Source: an uncultured Nitrososphaerota archaeon
GTDB taxonomy: Archaea > Korarchaeota > Korarchaeia > Korarchaeales > Korarchaeaceae
Assembly (NCBI GenBank): GCA_964594835.1
Contig: CAZQNA010000001.1
Location: forward strand, 128,001 to 192,000
DNA: 64,000 bases
Reading direction: 5' to 3'
The translations under genes and the position numbers were made by a program. How positions within the stretch are numbered: position 1 is the stretch's first letter; each line of letters begins with the position of its first letter. Positions 1 to 8,393 of the stretch are shown in pieces. The notes below the pieces were generated by a model. It was not told the origin of the DNA. It saw only the letters and a list, made by a program, of their open reading frames with translations, and did no database searches.

Positions 1-237
1 CTCGGGGAGGAGCTCCACGTCCTCGTGACGTCTGATCACGCCACCCCCTGCTGGGCCCGGGCGCACACCGACGACCCGGTCCCGACGTGCGTGGCAGGAC
101 CCGACGTCCCGCCGGATCCCGTGAACAGGTTTGACGAGGAGTCCTGCTCTCGGGGGAGTCTGGGGATCACGGAGAGGGGTTGCGAGCTCCTCCCCAAGAT
201 CCTGGGCATGCTTGGGCTCACTCGCCGATCCTCATGA
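1..237 (+). CDS. apgM: 2,3-bisphosphoglycerate-independent phosphoglycerate mutase, C-terminal part (runs off window start)
   Basis: Frame 1 reads LHVLVTSDHATPC..HTDDPVP...V.RFDE..C.RGSLG, the ApgM C-terminal metal-binding motif. Confidence 0.85.
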   Translation, partial: LGEELHVLVTSDHATPCWARAHTDDPVPTCVAGPDVPPDPVNRFDEESCSRGSLGITERGCELLPKILGMLGLTRRSS

Positions 238-817
238 TCCTGCCGGCCACCGCCACGAAGACGTCCGGGACCAGAGCCCTGAATCGCGCCACCTCCCAGT
301 GCTCGTGCGCCCACGGAAACACCACCAAGACGACCCGATTTCGCTCCTTCAGGGTCTCGAGCAGCGACCTCAGAGCCAGATAGGCCTCCTTGTGGCCGAC
401 CATTCCGACCAGGGCCGTGACGCTGTCGTAGATCAGGAGGCTCCCTCCCCGCCTGTTGAGGTCCTCGGCCAGGCGGAGGTGATCGCCGACGGACGGGTTC
501 AGCTCCCCCGGATCCCCCAGCCTCAAGACCTCCATCTCCGCCGAGCCGCCCCACCAGGGCTCCAGGAGGAGGCTGCTCTGGTCGCAGACGGCGATCACGT
601 CGTATCCGTCTCTGGTCATCCTCTCCGCGAGCTGGAGGAGCGGTCCGGCGTAATTGGGGTCGAAGGCAAACTCTAGGAGGATTGATCTCCTCTTCCTGAG
701 GGCCTTTCGGACCGGGGACACGTCCCAGGCAGACCTCCGGAGAACCATGCCGAGCCAGCCCAGAGTCGCGAGCGGGAGGAGCGCCAGCATCCCCTGGGGA
801 GCGGCTGGGCTCGGCAA
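218..817 (-). CDS. Hypothetical protein: N-terminal TM helix plus degenerate RecA/KaiC-like (DUF835-like) domain
   Basis: Hydrophobic N-terminus; LLIYDSVTALV Walker-B-like motif but no Walker A. Start could be 790 (ATG). Confidence 0.55.
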   Translation of the reverse strand: MPSPAAPQGMLALLPLATLGWLGMVLRRSAWDVSPVRKALRKRRSILLEFAFDPNYAGPLLQLAERMTRDGYDVIAVCDQSSLLLEPWWGGSAEMEVLRLGDPGELNPSVGDHLRLAEDLNRRGGSLLIYDSVTALVGMVGHKEAYLALRSLLETLKERNRVVLVVFPWAHEHWEVARFRALVPDVFVAVAGRIMRIGE

Positions 818-899
818 GGGCTATCCCTCTCAACCAGGTCGGAGGCGCGCGTTCACCGGCTTCAACAATTTTAGGATTTGTCCGGAGGAGGGCGGGGCA

Positions 900-1715
900 A
901 TGGCACTCCATCGCCGCCACAGCGCGGGTCTCATCTCCGTCGGGAACGAGCTCCTGATTGGGAGGACGGTCAACACCAACCAGACCTGGCTGGCGAGGCG
1001 CCTCACCGTCCTAGGGTACGAGGTGAGGGTCGGCCTCGTAGTCCGAGACAGGTGCGACGACATAGAGTGGGCCTTCCGGACGGCGGTCGACCTAGGCTGC
1101 GGGGTCGTGATATCGACGGGCGGGCTGGGGCCGACCTTCGACGACATGACGGTCTCTTGCATGGCAAGGGCCTTCGGCCTGCCCCTCGTTCGGAACGAGG
1201 AGGCGCTGAACATGGTCAGGGAGAGGTACTCCGCTCGGGGGCTTCCCCTCACGGAGCACAGGCTGAAGCTGGCGATGATGCCGGAGGGATCCAGGCCCCT
1301 GCCCAATAGGGTCGGCACGGCGCCCGGGGTCCTCCTCGAGCTGGGAGACGTCCTGGCGGTCGCCCTGCCGGGTGTCCCCGCCGAGATGAAGGCGATATTC
1401 GAGGACCACCTCGAGCCCCTCCTGAGGGAGCGGGGTCCACCCCTGACGCTGGCCGAGAAGTTCCTGGTCAGCGTGGGCGTCCCCGAGTCCTCCGCAGCCC
1501 CAGTGATAGAGAGGGCCATGAAGGTCTCCTCGAGGGTCTACGTGAAGAGCCACCCGTCGGGCGGGGAGCTGACAGAGCCTGTGCTCAAGATCCACATCCA
1601 GGCCTCAGCGGAGAGCCTCAGGGAGGCCGAGGAGGTCGTTGAGCGCGCCGCGGAGGTCTTAAGGGAGGGACTGACCTCCCTTGGCGCGAGGGTCCAGGAG
1701 GTGAACGGGCTGTAG
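900..1715 (+). CDS. CinA-like molybdopterin-binding domain protein
   Basis: SVGNELLIGRTVNTN, STGGLGPTFDDMT, NRVGTAPG, LPGVPAEM motifs; ATG at 900 after GGAGGAGG. Confidence 0.9.
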   Translation: MALHRRHSAGLISVGNELLIGRTVNTNQTWLARRLTVLGYEVRVGLVVRDRCDDIEWAFRTAVDLGCGVVISTGGLGPTFDDMTVSCMARAFGLPLVRNEEALNMVRERYSARGLPLTEHRLKLAMMPEGSRPLPNRVGTAPGVLLELGDVLAVALPGVPAEMKAIFEDHLEPLLRERGPPLTLAEKFLVSVGVPESSAAPVIERAMKVSSRVYVKSHPSGGELTEPVLKIHIQASAESLREAEEVVERAAEVLREGLTSLGARVQEVNGL

Positions 1716-1783
1716 GTGAGGCCCAGGGGGGCGCGGGGGTCAGGGGATCCTTCCTACTCCTCCCGCCCGCGCTGAGGGAAGCC

Positions 1784-4606
1784 TTGGCAGAGCGCGGTAT
1801 GCTGACCCCCACCGAGCCCCAGGAGATGGCCATTCCTCTGATCCTGAGGGGGGAGAACGTCCTCCTGATAGCGCCCACGGGGACGGGAAAGACCGAGGCC
1901 GCCCTCCTGCCGATGCTCGCCAGGATGATGGCCGAGGGGAGGGCCGCGGGGGGAGTCAGGATGCTGTACGTCACACCCCTGAGGGCCCTGAATCGCGACC
2001 TCATGCTCAGGATATCCTGGTGGGCCTCTCGCCTCGATCTAAGCGTCGCTGTGAGGCACGGGGACACGCCCGCAATAGAGAGGAGGGCTCAGCTGGCCAG
2101 ACCTCCGGACATACTGGTCACGACGCCGGAGACGCTCCAGATACTCCTGGTGGCGAGGAGGTTCCGCCAGCACCTGGCCTCGGTTCGGTATCTCATCGTC
2201 GATGAGGTCCACGAGCTCGCGGAGAGCAAGAGGGGCGCCCAGCTCTCCCTCGCCCTCGAGAAGCTCAAGGTCATGACGGGTGAGCACCCACAGATCGCTG
2301 GCCTCTCGGCGACCGTCGGATCCCCGGAGGAGGTGGCCCGATTCCTTGGGGGCTCCTCCCCGACGCCCCGCGTGGTGTACGTGTCCGCCGCGAAGACCAT
2401 GGAGATAGGGGTCGAGTACCCACTCCCCTCGCCCGAGGACGGGGAACTCGCCGCCAGGCTCTACGTGACCCCGGACGTCGCGGCCAGGCTGAGGAGGATA
2501 AGGGAACTCATACGGGAGGCCAAGACCGCCCTCATCTTCACGAACACCAGGTCCATGACCGAGATCCTGGGCAGCAGGCTGAGGATGTGGGACGCGAGCC
2601 TCGCCATGGCGGTTCACCACGGCTCTCTCGCGGCAAGGGCGAGGGTGACGGCCGAGAGATCCCTCAGGGAGGGGAGGGTTAGGTCCCTCGTCTCCACCAG
2701 CTCCCTGGAGCTGGGCATAGACGTCGGCCACGTGGACCTGGTGGTCCAGTACATGAGCCCCAGGCAGGCCACCAGGCTCGTCCAGAGGGTGGGGAGGAGC
2801 GGCCACAGGGTAGGGGAGGTGAGCAGGGGCGTCGTGATAGTCATGACCCCCGACGACGCCCTTGAGTCCATGGTGGTCAGGCGGAGGGCCCTGGAAGACA
2901 GACTAGAGGCCGTGAAAATACCCGAAAAGCCATATGACGCCCTCCTTCACGAGATAGTGGCCCTCCTCATGTGGAAGCCCGAGTGGACCGTTCCCGAGGC
3001 CCTTGGAATTATCAGGAGGGCGTACAACTACCGGCGGCTCGGGCCCGAGGAGCTGCTGGACCTGGTCAAGTTTCTGGCCAGCCTGCCCAGGAGCCCGGTG
3101 CTCGTCTCGGAGCCCACCCGCTTCAGGAGGGGGCCGGGGTTCTCCGGCCTCTACCCATACTACTTCGAGAATCTGTCCATGATCCCCGAAATCCGAGCCT
3201 ACCTCGTCGTGGATCAGGACACTGAGGAGCCCGTGGGCACGCTGGACGAGCCCTTCGTGGCGGAGAGGGGAGAGCCTGGGTCCAAGTTCATCATGGCCGG
3301 GGAGGTCTGGAGGATCGTCCAGATCTTCAGGGACAGGGTGTACGTGGTGAGGGACCCAGATCCGGAGGGGGCGGTCCCCCACTGGCTGGGGGAGGAGATA
3401 CCGGTGCCCTGGTCGGTCTCGCAGGAGGTGGGCCTCATAAGGGGAAGGGTGGCTGAGGCGATCTCCTCTGGGCTCTCTCGGCGAGAGGTGGCCAGGTCCC
3501 TATCCAGGGACTACGGGGTGGCGGAGGACACGGTCCTGAGGGCCATCTCTCCGACCGTGGAGACCGCAGAGAGGGGGCTGTCGGTTCCCACGCACCGGAG
3601 GGTGGTCGTTGAGGCCGTGGGGAACACGGTGATCGTTCACGTTCACGCTGGGACGCTTGCCAACAGGGCCCTCGCCAGGTACCTGGCAGAGATAGCGGCC
3701 CGAGAGACTGGAGGGGCCGTCGGCGTGGCCGAGGATCCGTACCGCCTGTACCTGACCGGTCGCCTGGTGACCCCGGGATTGGTCGCGGACGGCCTGGCGT
3801 CCCCTCCCACGGACGTGGGGGAGGTCCTGAGGGCGGCGGTCGAGAGGAGCGGATACTTCAGGTTCAGGCTCCTCCAGGCCGCCAGGAAGATGGGGGTATT
3901 GTCGAGGGACGCCGAGGTCACCCCCTCGGTCCTGGACAGGCTGAAGGTCAGCTTGGAGGGCACCCCGGTGTACAGGCAGGCGGTCAGGGACGTATTGGAG
4001 AGGGACATGTCCATACCCGGGGCAGAGGAGGTGATGGGCCGCCTGGCATCCGGGGATTGGGAGCTCGTCAACCTCGGCAGGACCGCCGAGCCCACCCCCA
4101 TCTCCAGGGACGCCCTGAGGTGGATAAGGGTCAGGGTGGAGTCGATCCCCCCGGACAAGAGGCGGCTCCTCAGGAGGGAGAGGCTGAGGGTGAAGATCCT
4201 CACGGAGACCGTGACCCTTGCGTGCCTCAGCTGCCGCGGATACGTCGAGGAGGTCGAGCCCTACGAACTCCCGCAGCGTCCGGAGTGCCCCCTGTGCGGC
4301 TCCAGACTCCTGGGAGTCTCCCGAGAGCCGGATATAGCGGTTGAGCAGGCCCTCTCCCTCTCTGAGCGGGCCCTGAGGTCGAAGTCCCGCCGGAGGATGA
4401 GGAGGATCGTCTCGGAGATCAAGATGACCGCCCGCCTGGTGGAGGCCCACGGGAGGCTGGCCGTCATGGCTCTTGCGGCGGGCATCCCGCCCAGGGCCGC
4501 CGAGGATATCTTGGAGCGGTCCGGGGGGAGTGAGGCCGCCCTGATCGACGCCATACTGGAATTCACGTCTCGCCGGAGGATCCGCGGGCGCCGAGGAGCA
4601 GGCTGA
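1784..4606 (+). CDS. lhr: Lhr-family SF2 helicase with C-terminal Zn ribbon
   Basis: APTGTGKT, YVTPLRALNRD, DEVH, GLSAT, SSLELGID, QRVGRSGH; CxxC...CxxC near C-terminus. True start probably upstream (see findings). Confidence 0.93.
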   Translation: MAERGMLTPTEPQEMAIPLILRGENVLLIAPTGTGKTEAALLPMLARMMAEGRAAGGVRMLYVTPLRALNRDLMLRISWWASRLDLSVAVRHGDTPAIERRAQLARPPDILVTTPETLQILLVARRFRQHLASVRYLIVDEVHELAESKRGAQLSLALEKLKVMTGEHPQIAGLSATVGSPEEVARFLGGSSPTPRVVYVSAAKTMEIGVEYPLPSPEDGELAARLYVTPDVAARLRRIRELIREAKTALIFTNTRSMTEILGSRLRMWDASLAMAVHHGSLAARARVTAERSLREGRVRSLVSTSSLELGIDVGHVDLVVQYMSPRQATRLVQRVGRSGHRVGEVSRGVVIVMTPDDALESMVVRRRALEDRLEAVKIPEKPYDALLHEIVALLMWKPEWTVPEALGIIRRAYNYRRLGPEELLDLVKFLASLPRSPVLVSEPTRFRRGPGFSGLYPYYFENLSMIPEIRAYLVVDQDTEEPVGTLDEPFVAERGEPGSKFIMAGEVWRIVQIFRDRVYVVRDPDPEGAVPHWLGEEIPVPWSVSQEVGLIRGRVAEAISSGLSRREVARSLSRDYGVAEDTVLRAISPTVETAERGLSVPTHRRVVVEAVGNTVIVHVHAGTLANRALARYLAEIAARETGGAVGVAEDPYRLYLTGRLVTPGLVADGLASPPTDVGEVLRAAVERSGYFRFRLLQAARKMGVLSRDAEVTPSVLDRLKVSLEGTPVYRQAVRDVLERDMSIPGAEEVMGRLASGDWELVNLGRTAEPTPISRDALRWIRVRVESIPPDKRRLLRRERLRVKILTETVTLACLSCRGYVEEVEPYELPQRPECPLCGSRLLGVSREPDIAVEQALSLSERALRSKSRRRMRRIVSEIKMTARLVEAHGRLAVMALAAGIPPRAAEDILERSGGSEAALIDAILEFTSRRRIRGRRGAG

Positions 4607-5135
4607 GCAGGCGCTCCACGTCGATCTCCACCCGAGTCCTCCACCCCATCTCGACCCCCTCCTCCGTCTCGGAGAGGTAGCCGTGCCTGATCAGCCTTGT
4701 GAGAATGCCGGGGACCTTCCAGTCCGGTAGCTTCGACTTCAGGAGGTCCTCCAACTCCTCCCTGCTCGCTCGCCCGCCCTTTGCGGATATCAGGGCCACG
4801 CAGGCCGCCAGCGCGGCGAGCTCGTCTATCCTCCAGCCAGACCCCCTCACCTCCGGCCAGTCGGGGGCCTCCCGGAAGGTGACGTAGAAGGTGGCCTCAG
4901 CGAACTCCTCCTCGCCCGCGTCCCGCCCGTCCGGAGCTTTGGCGACCACCCTGAAGCCTATGTCGGAGAGTTCCTCGTCTAGGAGGCGGAGAACGGTCTT
5001 GTAGTCCCTCCCGAGGGCCCTCCTCAGCTCCCACCCCTTGACCCCCGGCTTCGCGTGGCTCCTGAGGAGCAGCATGTGGGCCGCGCGCCTGACCTTCCTG
5101 CGCAGGTCCTCGGGCCCGCCCCTCGAGTCAGCCAT
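4563..5135 (-). CDS. Tandem winged-helix KITE subunit (MAGE/Nse3/Nse1-like)
   Basis: About 190 aa with two wHTH-like halves; C-terminal LIRHGYL...MGWRTRVEID; third gene of the SMC operon. Confidence 0.65.
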   Translation of the reverse strand: MADSRGGPEDLRRKVRRAAHMLLLRSHAKPGVKGWELRRALGRDYKTVLRLLDEELSDIGFRVVAKAPDGRDAGEEEFAEATFYVTFREAPDWPEVRGSGWRIDELAALAACVALISAKGGRASREELEDLLKSKLPDWKVPGILTRLIRHGYLSETEEGVEMGWRTRVEIDVERLLSLLLGARGSSGET

Positions 5136-5880
5136 CCCCACCACCGCCCACGTCGAGCCAGGTGACCACGGACCCCCTCAGGCCGCCGGAGCCCCCCGGC
5201 CTTACTATGAGGACCCTCCCGGTGGCCGGGTCTCGCCTGATCGAGGCGAATCCCTCCGAGATCAGGAAGCTCAGGACGTAGGCCCGCTCCGCCGCCTCCC
5301 ACGGGTCCCCAGCCCGGACGTACTCCAGGTAGTCGACCTCCCCGCGCTCCTCGAGCGCCTCGGCCAGCCGCCTCGCCTCCAGCTTCAGCCTGCGCTCAAA
5401 CTCCTCCCCAGCTGGGGGAGGCCCGGGGGCCCCCAGCTCGGTGGGCTTGGGCAGCCCCCGACGCCTGTCCGAGGCGGGCGGGAGCTCCATCCAGTACCTC
5501 ACGGCTGCCTCGAGGAAGGCGGGCGTGACCCCCCTGGCCTCTACTATCGGCCTCCACGCCCTTAGGAGGAGCCCGGCCAGGGCCTTAGGCTCCATGGCCT
5601 CGACCTTCAGGGCCACCAAGAGGGGGTCGACGAAGAGCCTCGATGCCCTGTGCTCGATCCACTCCTCCTGCCTCTCGACGACTCGGGACAGCCCGACCAG
5701 GGCCTCCAGGTCGAGGTTGATCTCGTCCCAGCTCCTGAGACGGGGGAACTCCTCCCTCAGCCTCGAGGCCAGCCTCACCACGTTCACGTCGAAGGGGTCC
5801 ACCCTGCCGGAGAGGGCCTCCCTGACAAGCTCCAGGATCCTCTCGAAGAGCTCCCTCCTGGCCCTGCCCGATCGGCTCAC
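5128..5880 (-). CDS. Kleisin subunit (ScpA/Nse4-like)
   Basis: N-terminal VDPFDVNV (ScpA-like); C-terminal ERAYVLSFLISEG wHTH (Nse4-like); overlaps the SMC stop. Confidence 0.75.
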   Translation of the reverse strand: MSRSGRARRELFERILELVREALSGRVDPFDVNVVRLASRLREEFPRLRSWDEINLDLEALVGLSRVVERQEEWIEHRASRLFVDPLLVALKVEAMEPKALAGLLLRAWRPIVEARGVTPAFLEAAVRYWMELPPASDRRRGLPKPTELGAPGPPPAGEEFERRLKLEARRLAEALEERGEVDYLEYVRAGDPWEAAERAYVLSFLISEGFASIRRDPATGRVLIVRPGGSGGLRGSVVTWLDVGGGGDG

Positions 5881-7601
5881 GCGCTCACCACCCTCGAGAT
5901 CTCCCCGACCCTCTGGACGAACACCAGGTGGACGGGGCCCTCCACCCTGGGGGGCGGGCCCGGCGTCACCAGGATGCTCTGCCCTCCGGACCTCGCCAGG
6001 ACCCTGGCGAACTCCCTGAGCGCAACCTCCCTCCTCTCCGGGTCCATGTGGACGTCGAACTCGTCTATGACCCTTATTGGGGACCTGACGTGCCTCTGGA
6101 GGCTGAGCATGAAGGCCACAACGGTGGTCGCCCTCTCCCCCCCGCTCAGGGCCCTCGACTCCAGGGGGACCGGGTCCATGCCTCGGAAGCCGGCGGCCAC
6201 CTCGAGCCCCGCCGTCTCAACGTCGTCTCCGTCCACGAGCTTGACGTAGCCGACCCCGCCCAGCCTACCCAGTATCTCCGCGAACTCCCGGTCGACTTCG
6301 GAGATGAGCCCCCTCACCTCGCGCCTCCAGAACTCGGCCCTCTCGCTCAGGGCCTCCAGTAGCCCCCTCCTGTTCTCCTCCAGCCTATTCAGCCTCTCGC
6401 GTATCTCCCTATAGGTCTCCAGGTAGCGGTGGTACATCCTCTCAACGTCCTCCGAGACGTCCCCAAGGGACGCCAGCCGGGCCCCCACAAGCTTGAGCTC
6501 GTCGGCCACCTGCTCCGGATCCCTGAGCCTGCCTGCCGGCCGCTCGAGGTGCTTGGCCTCCCCCTCAAGGGCCGCGAGCTCCGACTCGGCCTTCCTGAGC
6601 CTGGCCCTCAGGCGGGATGCCCTCGCCCTGAGGTCCCTGAGGCGGTATTCCAGGACAGCCCTCTGGACGGCCGATTCGACTATCCGCCCGTGGAGATCGA
6701 GGACCCTCCGCCAGAGTTCTCCCCAACCCCCTTCGACATCCCGGGAGCCCAGCTGGAGGAACTCCCGCTCGAGCCCCTCGAGGGTCTCGCTCAGCTCGGC
6801 GATCTCAGCCTCCACGCCCTCTGACTCCCTCTGGACGGAGTCCAGCTCATCCTCAAGCTGGGAGACCAGCTCCCTCTGACGCTCGTATCGAGCCCACGCG
6901 AGCTCCGCCCTGAGCCTCCTCGCCCTGTCCTCCAGACGCCTCTTCTCCAGGAGCCTATCGTACTTCTCCTTCCACACGCTCAGGGTCTCTTCCGCCCTCC
7001 TCAATAGGTCCTGCGTCTTGGAGACCTCTTCCTCGACGCCGCTGAGCTCTCTCATTGCCTGGAGAACTCTCTTCCTGTACTCGTGCAGCCCGGCCGCCTC
7101 CTCGACCATGACGAGCCTCTCTTCCGGCCCCATGGCGATGAACTCGGACATGGTGCCCTGGTGCATGATCACAAGCATGTTGTCGGGGTCCACGCCCATC
7201 CTCGCCAGCCGGCTGGTCAGCTCGTACTTGTCAACGGTCCTGTAGTTCAGCTCGAACCAGTAGGTGCCGTCGGCCCTGATGTACCTGGACACCCGCACCT
7301 CGTCCTCCCTGAATCCCGGCACGGGGCGCCTCCCGTCGACCGGCCTGTTGTCGAACACCACGGTGACCCTGGCGAGGTTGCTGCCCCTCCTGATCAGGTC
7401 CCTCAGCCTCCTGGACCTCTCGGTCCTCGTCTGGCCGAGGGCGATCGCTATCGCGAGCACGATCGAGGACTTGCCGGCGCCGTTGGGCCCGGCGATCAGG
7501 TTCAGTCCCGGGGCAAACGGTATCCTCGAGTACTCGTGCGACATGAAGTTCTCAAGCACGACCTCCCTGATGTAGGTCCCCCTCGGTCCCCCCTGATCCA
7601 C
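5877..7601 (-). CDS. Short SMC-family ATPase (SMC5/6 / ClsN / Arcadin-4-like), about 574 aa
   Basis: LENFMSH, GPNGAGKSS, Q-loop IMHQG, long heptad coils, LSGGE, PIRVIDEFDVHMD; GTG start at 7601 after GGAGGTG. Confidence 0.92.
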   Translation of the reverse strand: MDQGGPRGTYIREVVLENFMSHEYSRIPFAPGLNLIAGPNGAGKSSIVLAIAIALGQTRTERSRRLRDLIRRGSNLARVTVVFDNRPVDGRRPVPGFREDEVRVSRYIRADGTYWFELNYRTVDKYELTSRLARMGVDPDNMLVIMHQGTMSEFIAMGPEERLVMVEEAAGLHEYRKRVLQAMRELSGVEEEVSKTQDLLRRAEETLSVWKEKYDRLLEKRRLEDRARRLRAELAWARYERQRELVSQLEDELDSVQRESEGVEAEIAELSETLEGLEREFLQLGSRDVEGGWGELWRRVLDLHGRIVESAVQRAVLEYRLRDLRARASRLRARLRKAESELAALEGEAKHLERPAGRLRDPEQVADELKLVGARLASLGDVSEDVERMYHRYLETYREIRERLNRLEENRRGLLEALSERAEFWRREVRGLISEVDREFAEILGRLGGVGYVKLVDGDDVETAGLEVAAGFRGMDPVPLESRALSGGERATTVVAFMLSLQRHVRSPIRVIDEFDVHMDPERREVALREFARVLARSGGQSILVTPGPPPRVEGPVHLVFVQRVGEISRVVSA

Positions 7602-7665
7602 CGGGCCTTCCCACCTCCGGGCCCGGGCAGCCTTTTCAATTTGCCCCGTAACTCGACGCAGAGTC

Positions 7666-8361
7666 ATGGCGCTGGTGGGTAAGGTCTTCAGGGTGGACGC
7701 GGACGTCACCCCCGAGCTGGCCGCAGAGAAGCTCAGGGGGTGGAAGGCAGAGAGGACCATAGCGCGGGGAGACGCAGAGCTCACGCTGAGGATCCAGTCC
7801 GAAGTCACCTCCGTCAGGGAGGGGGAGGTCTGGGGAGAGCTGTACGAGGAGTACCCGGTGCCTCTGTTCGGGAGGGAGGGCGTGAGATACGAGATATCTG
7901 CCCGCGTAATCCCCTTCGTGTTCTTCTGGACCGAGAAGGGGGTTCTCCTGCTGATCCTGGCCAAGAGGCCCAAGGCGAACGCGGCGGCGTCTCTCCTCTC
8001 CAACGCCCTGCTGCTAGGGAGCGGCGGGATGGTCGAGGCCAGGATATCGCACGAGACCCTGAGGAGACTGCACGAGTCGAACCCGGAGGCCACGAAGGTG
8101 GTCTACTTCGACCAGGTGGACCTGCCCAACATAAGGAAGCTCTCCCTGTTCGGGGAGGCGCTCGCGGACACCAACCTCTACCAGGAGTACCTGAGGCACG
8201 GGAAGATATGGTACGTGGTGTTCGAGGACAGGGAGTGGGGCCTCACGGTGGGCGTGACCAGGAACTGCGTGGTGACCGTCTTCACGGCAACCGAGGTTGA
8301 GAATTTCGTGAGGTACGTCCTGGAGAGGATAGTCCCCCTTATGGAGACCCCTCATGAGTGA
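7666..8361 (+). CDS. Conserved-looking hypothetical alpha/beta protein
   Basis: ATG start, typical codon usage, divergent from SMC, overlaps the next ORF frame. Confidence 0.8.
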   Translation: MALVGKVFRVDADVTPELAAEKLRGWKAERTIARGDAELTLRIQSEVTSVREGEVWGELYEEYPVPLFGREGVRYEISARVIPFVFFWTEKGVLLLILAKRPKANAAASLLSNALLLGSGGMVEARISHETLRRLHESNPEATKVVYFDQVDLPNIRKLSLFGEALADTNLYQEYLRHGKIWYVVFEDREWGLTVGVTRNCVVTVFTATEVENFVRYVLERIVPLMETPHE

Positions 8362-8393
8362 AACTTAATCCATTGGCGGGGTGGCGGGAGGAG

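Noticed and set aside
4563-7601. SMC operon as Wadjet/Lamassu defence system or Rad50-Mre11
   Set aside because: No Toprim JetD, effector nuclease, Mre11 or zinc hook; codon usage is host-like.
7602-8093. N-terminal extension of the SMC ORF to 8093
   Set aside because: Overlaps the opposite-strand gene; the SD and GTG at 7601 sit right before the head motif.
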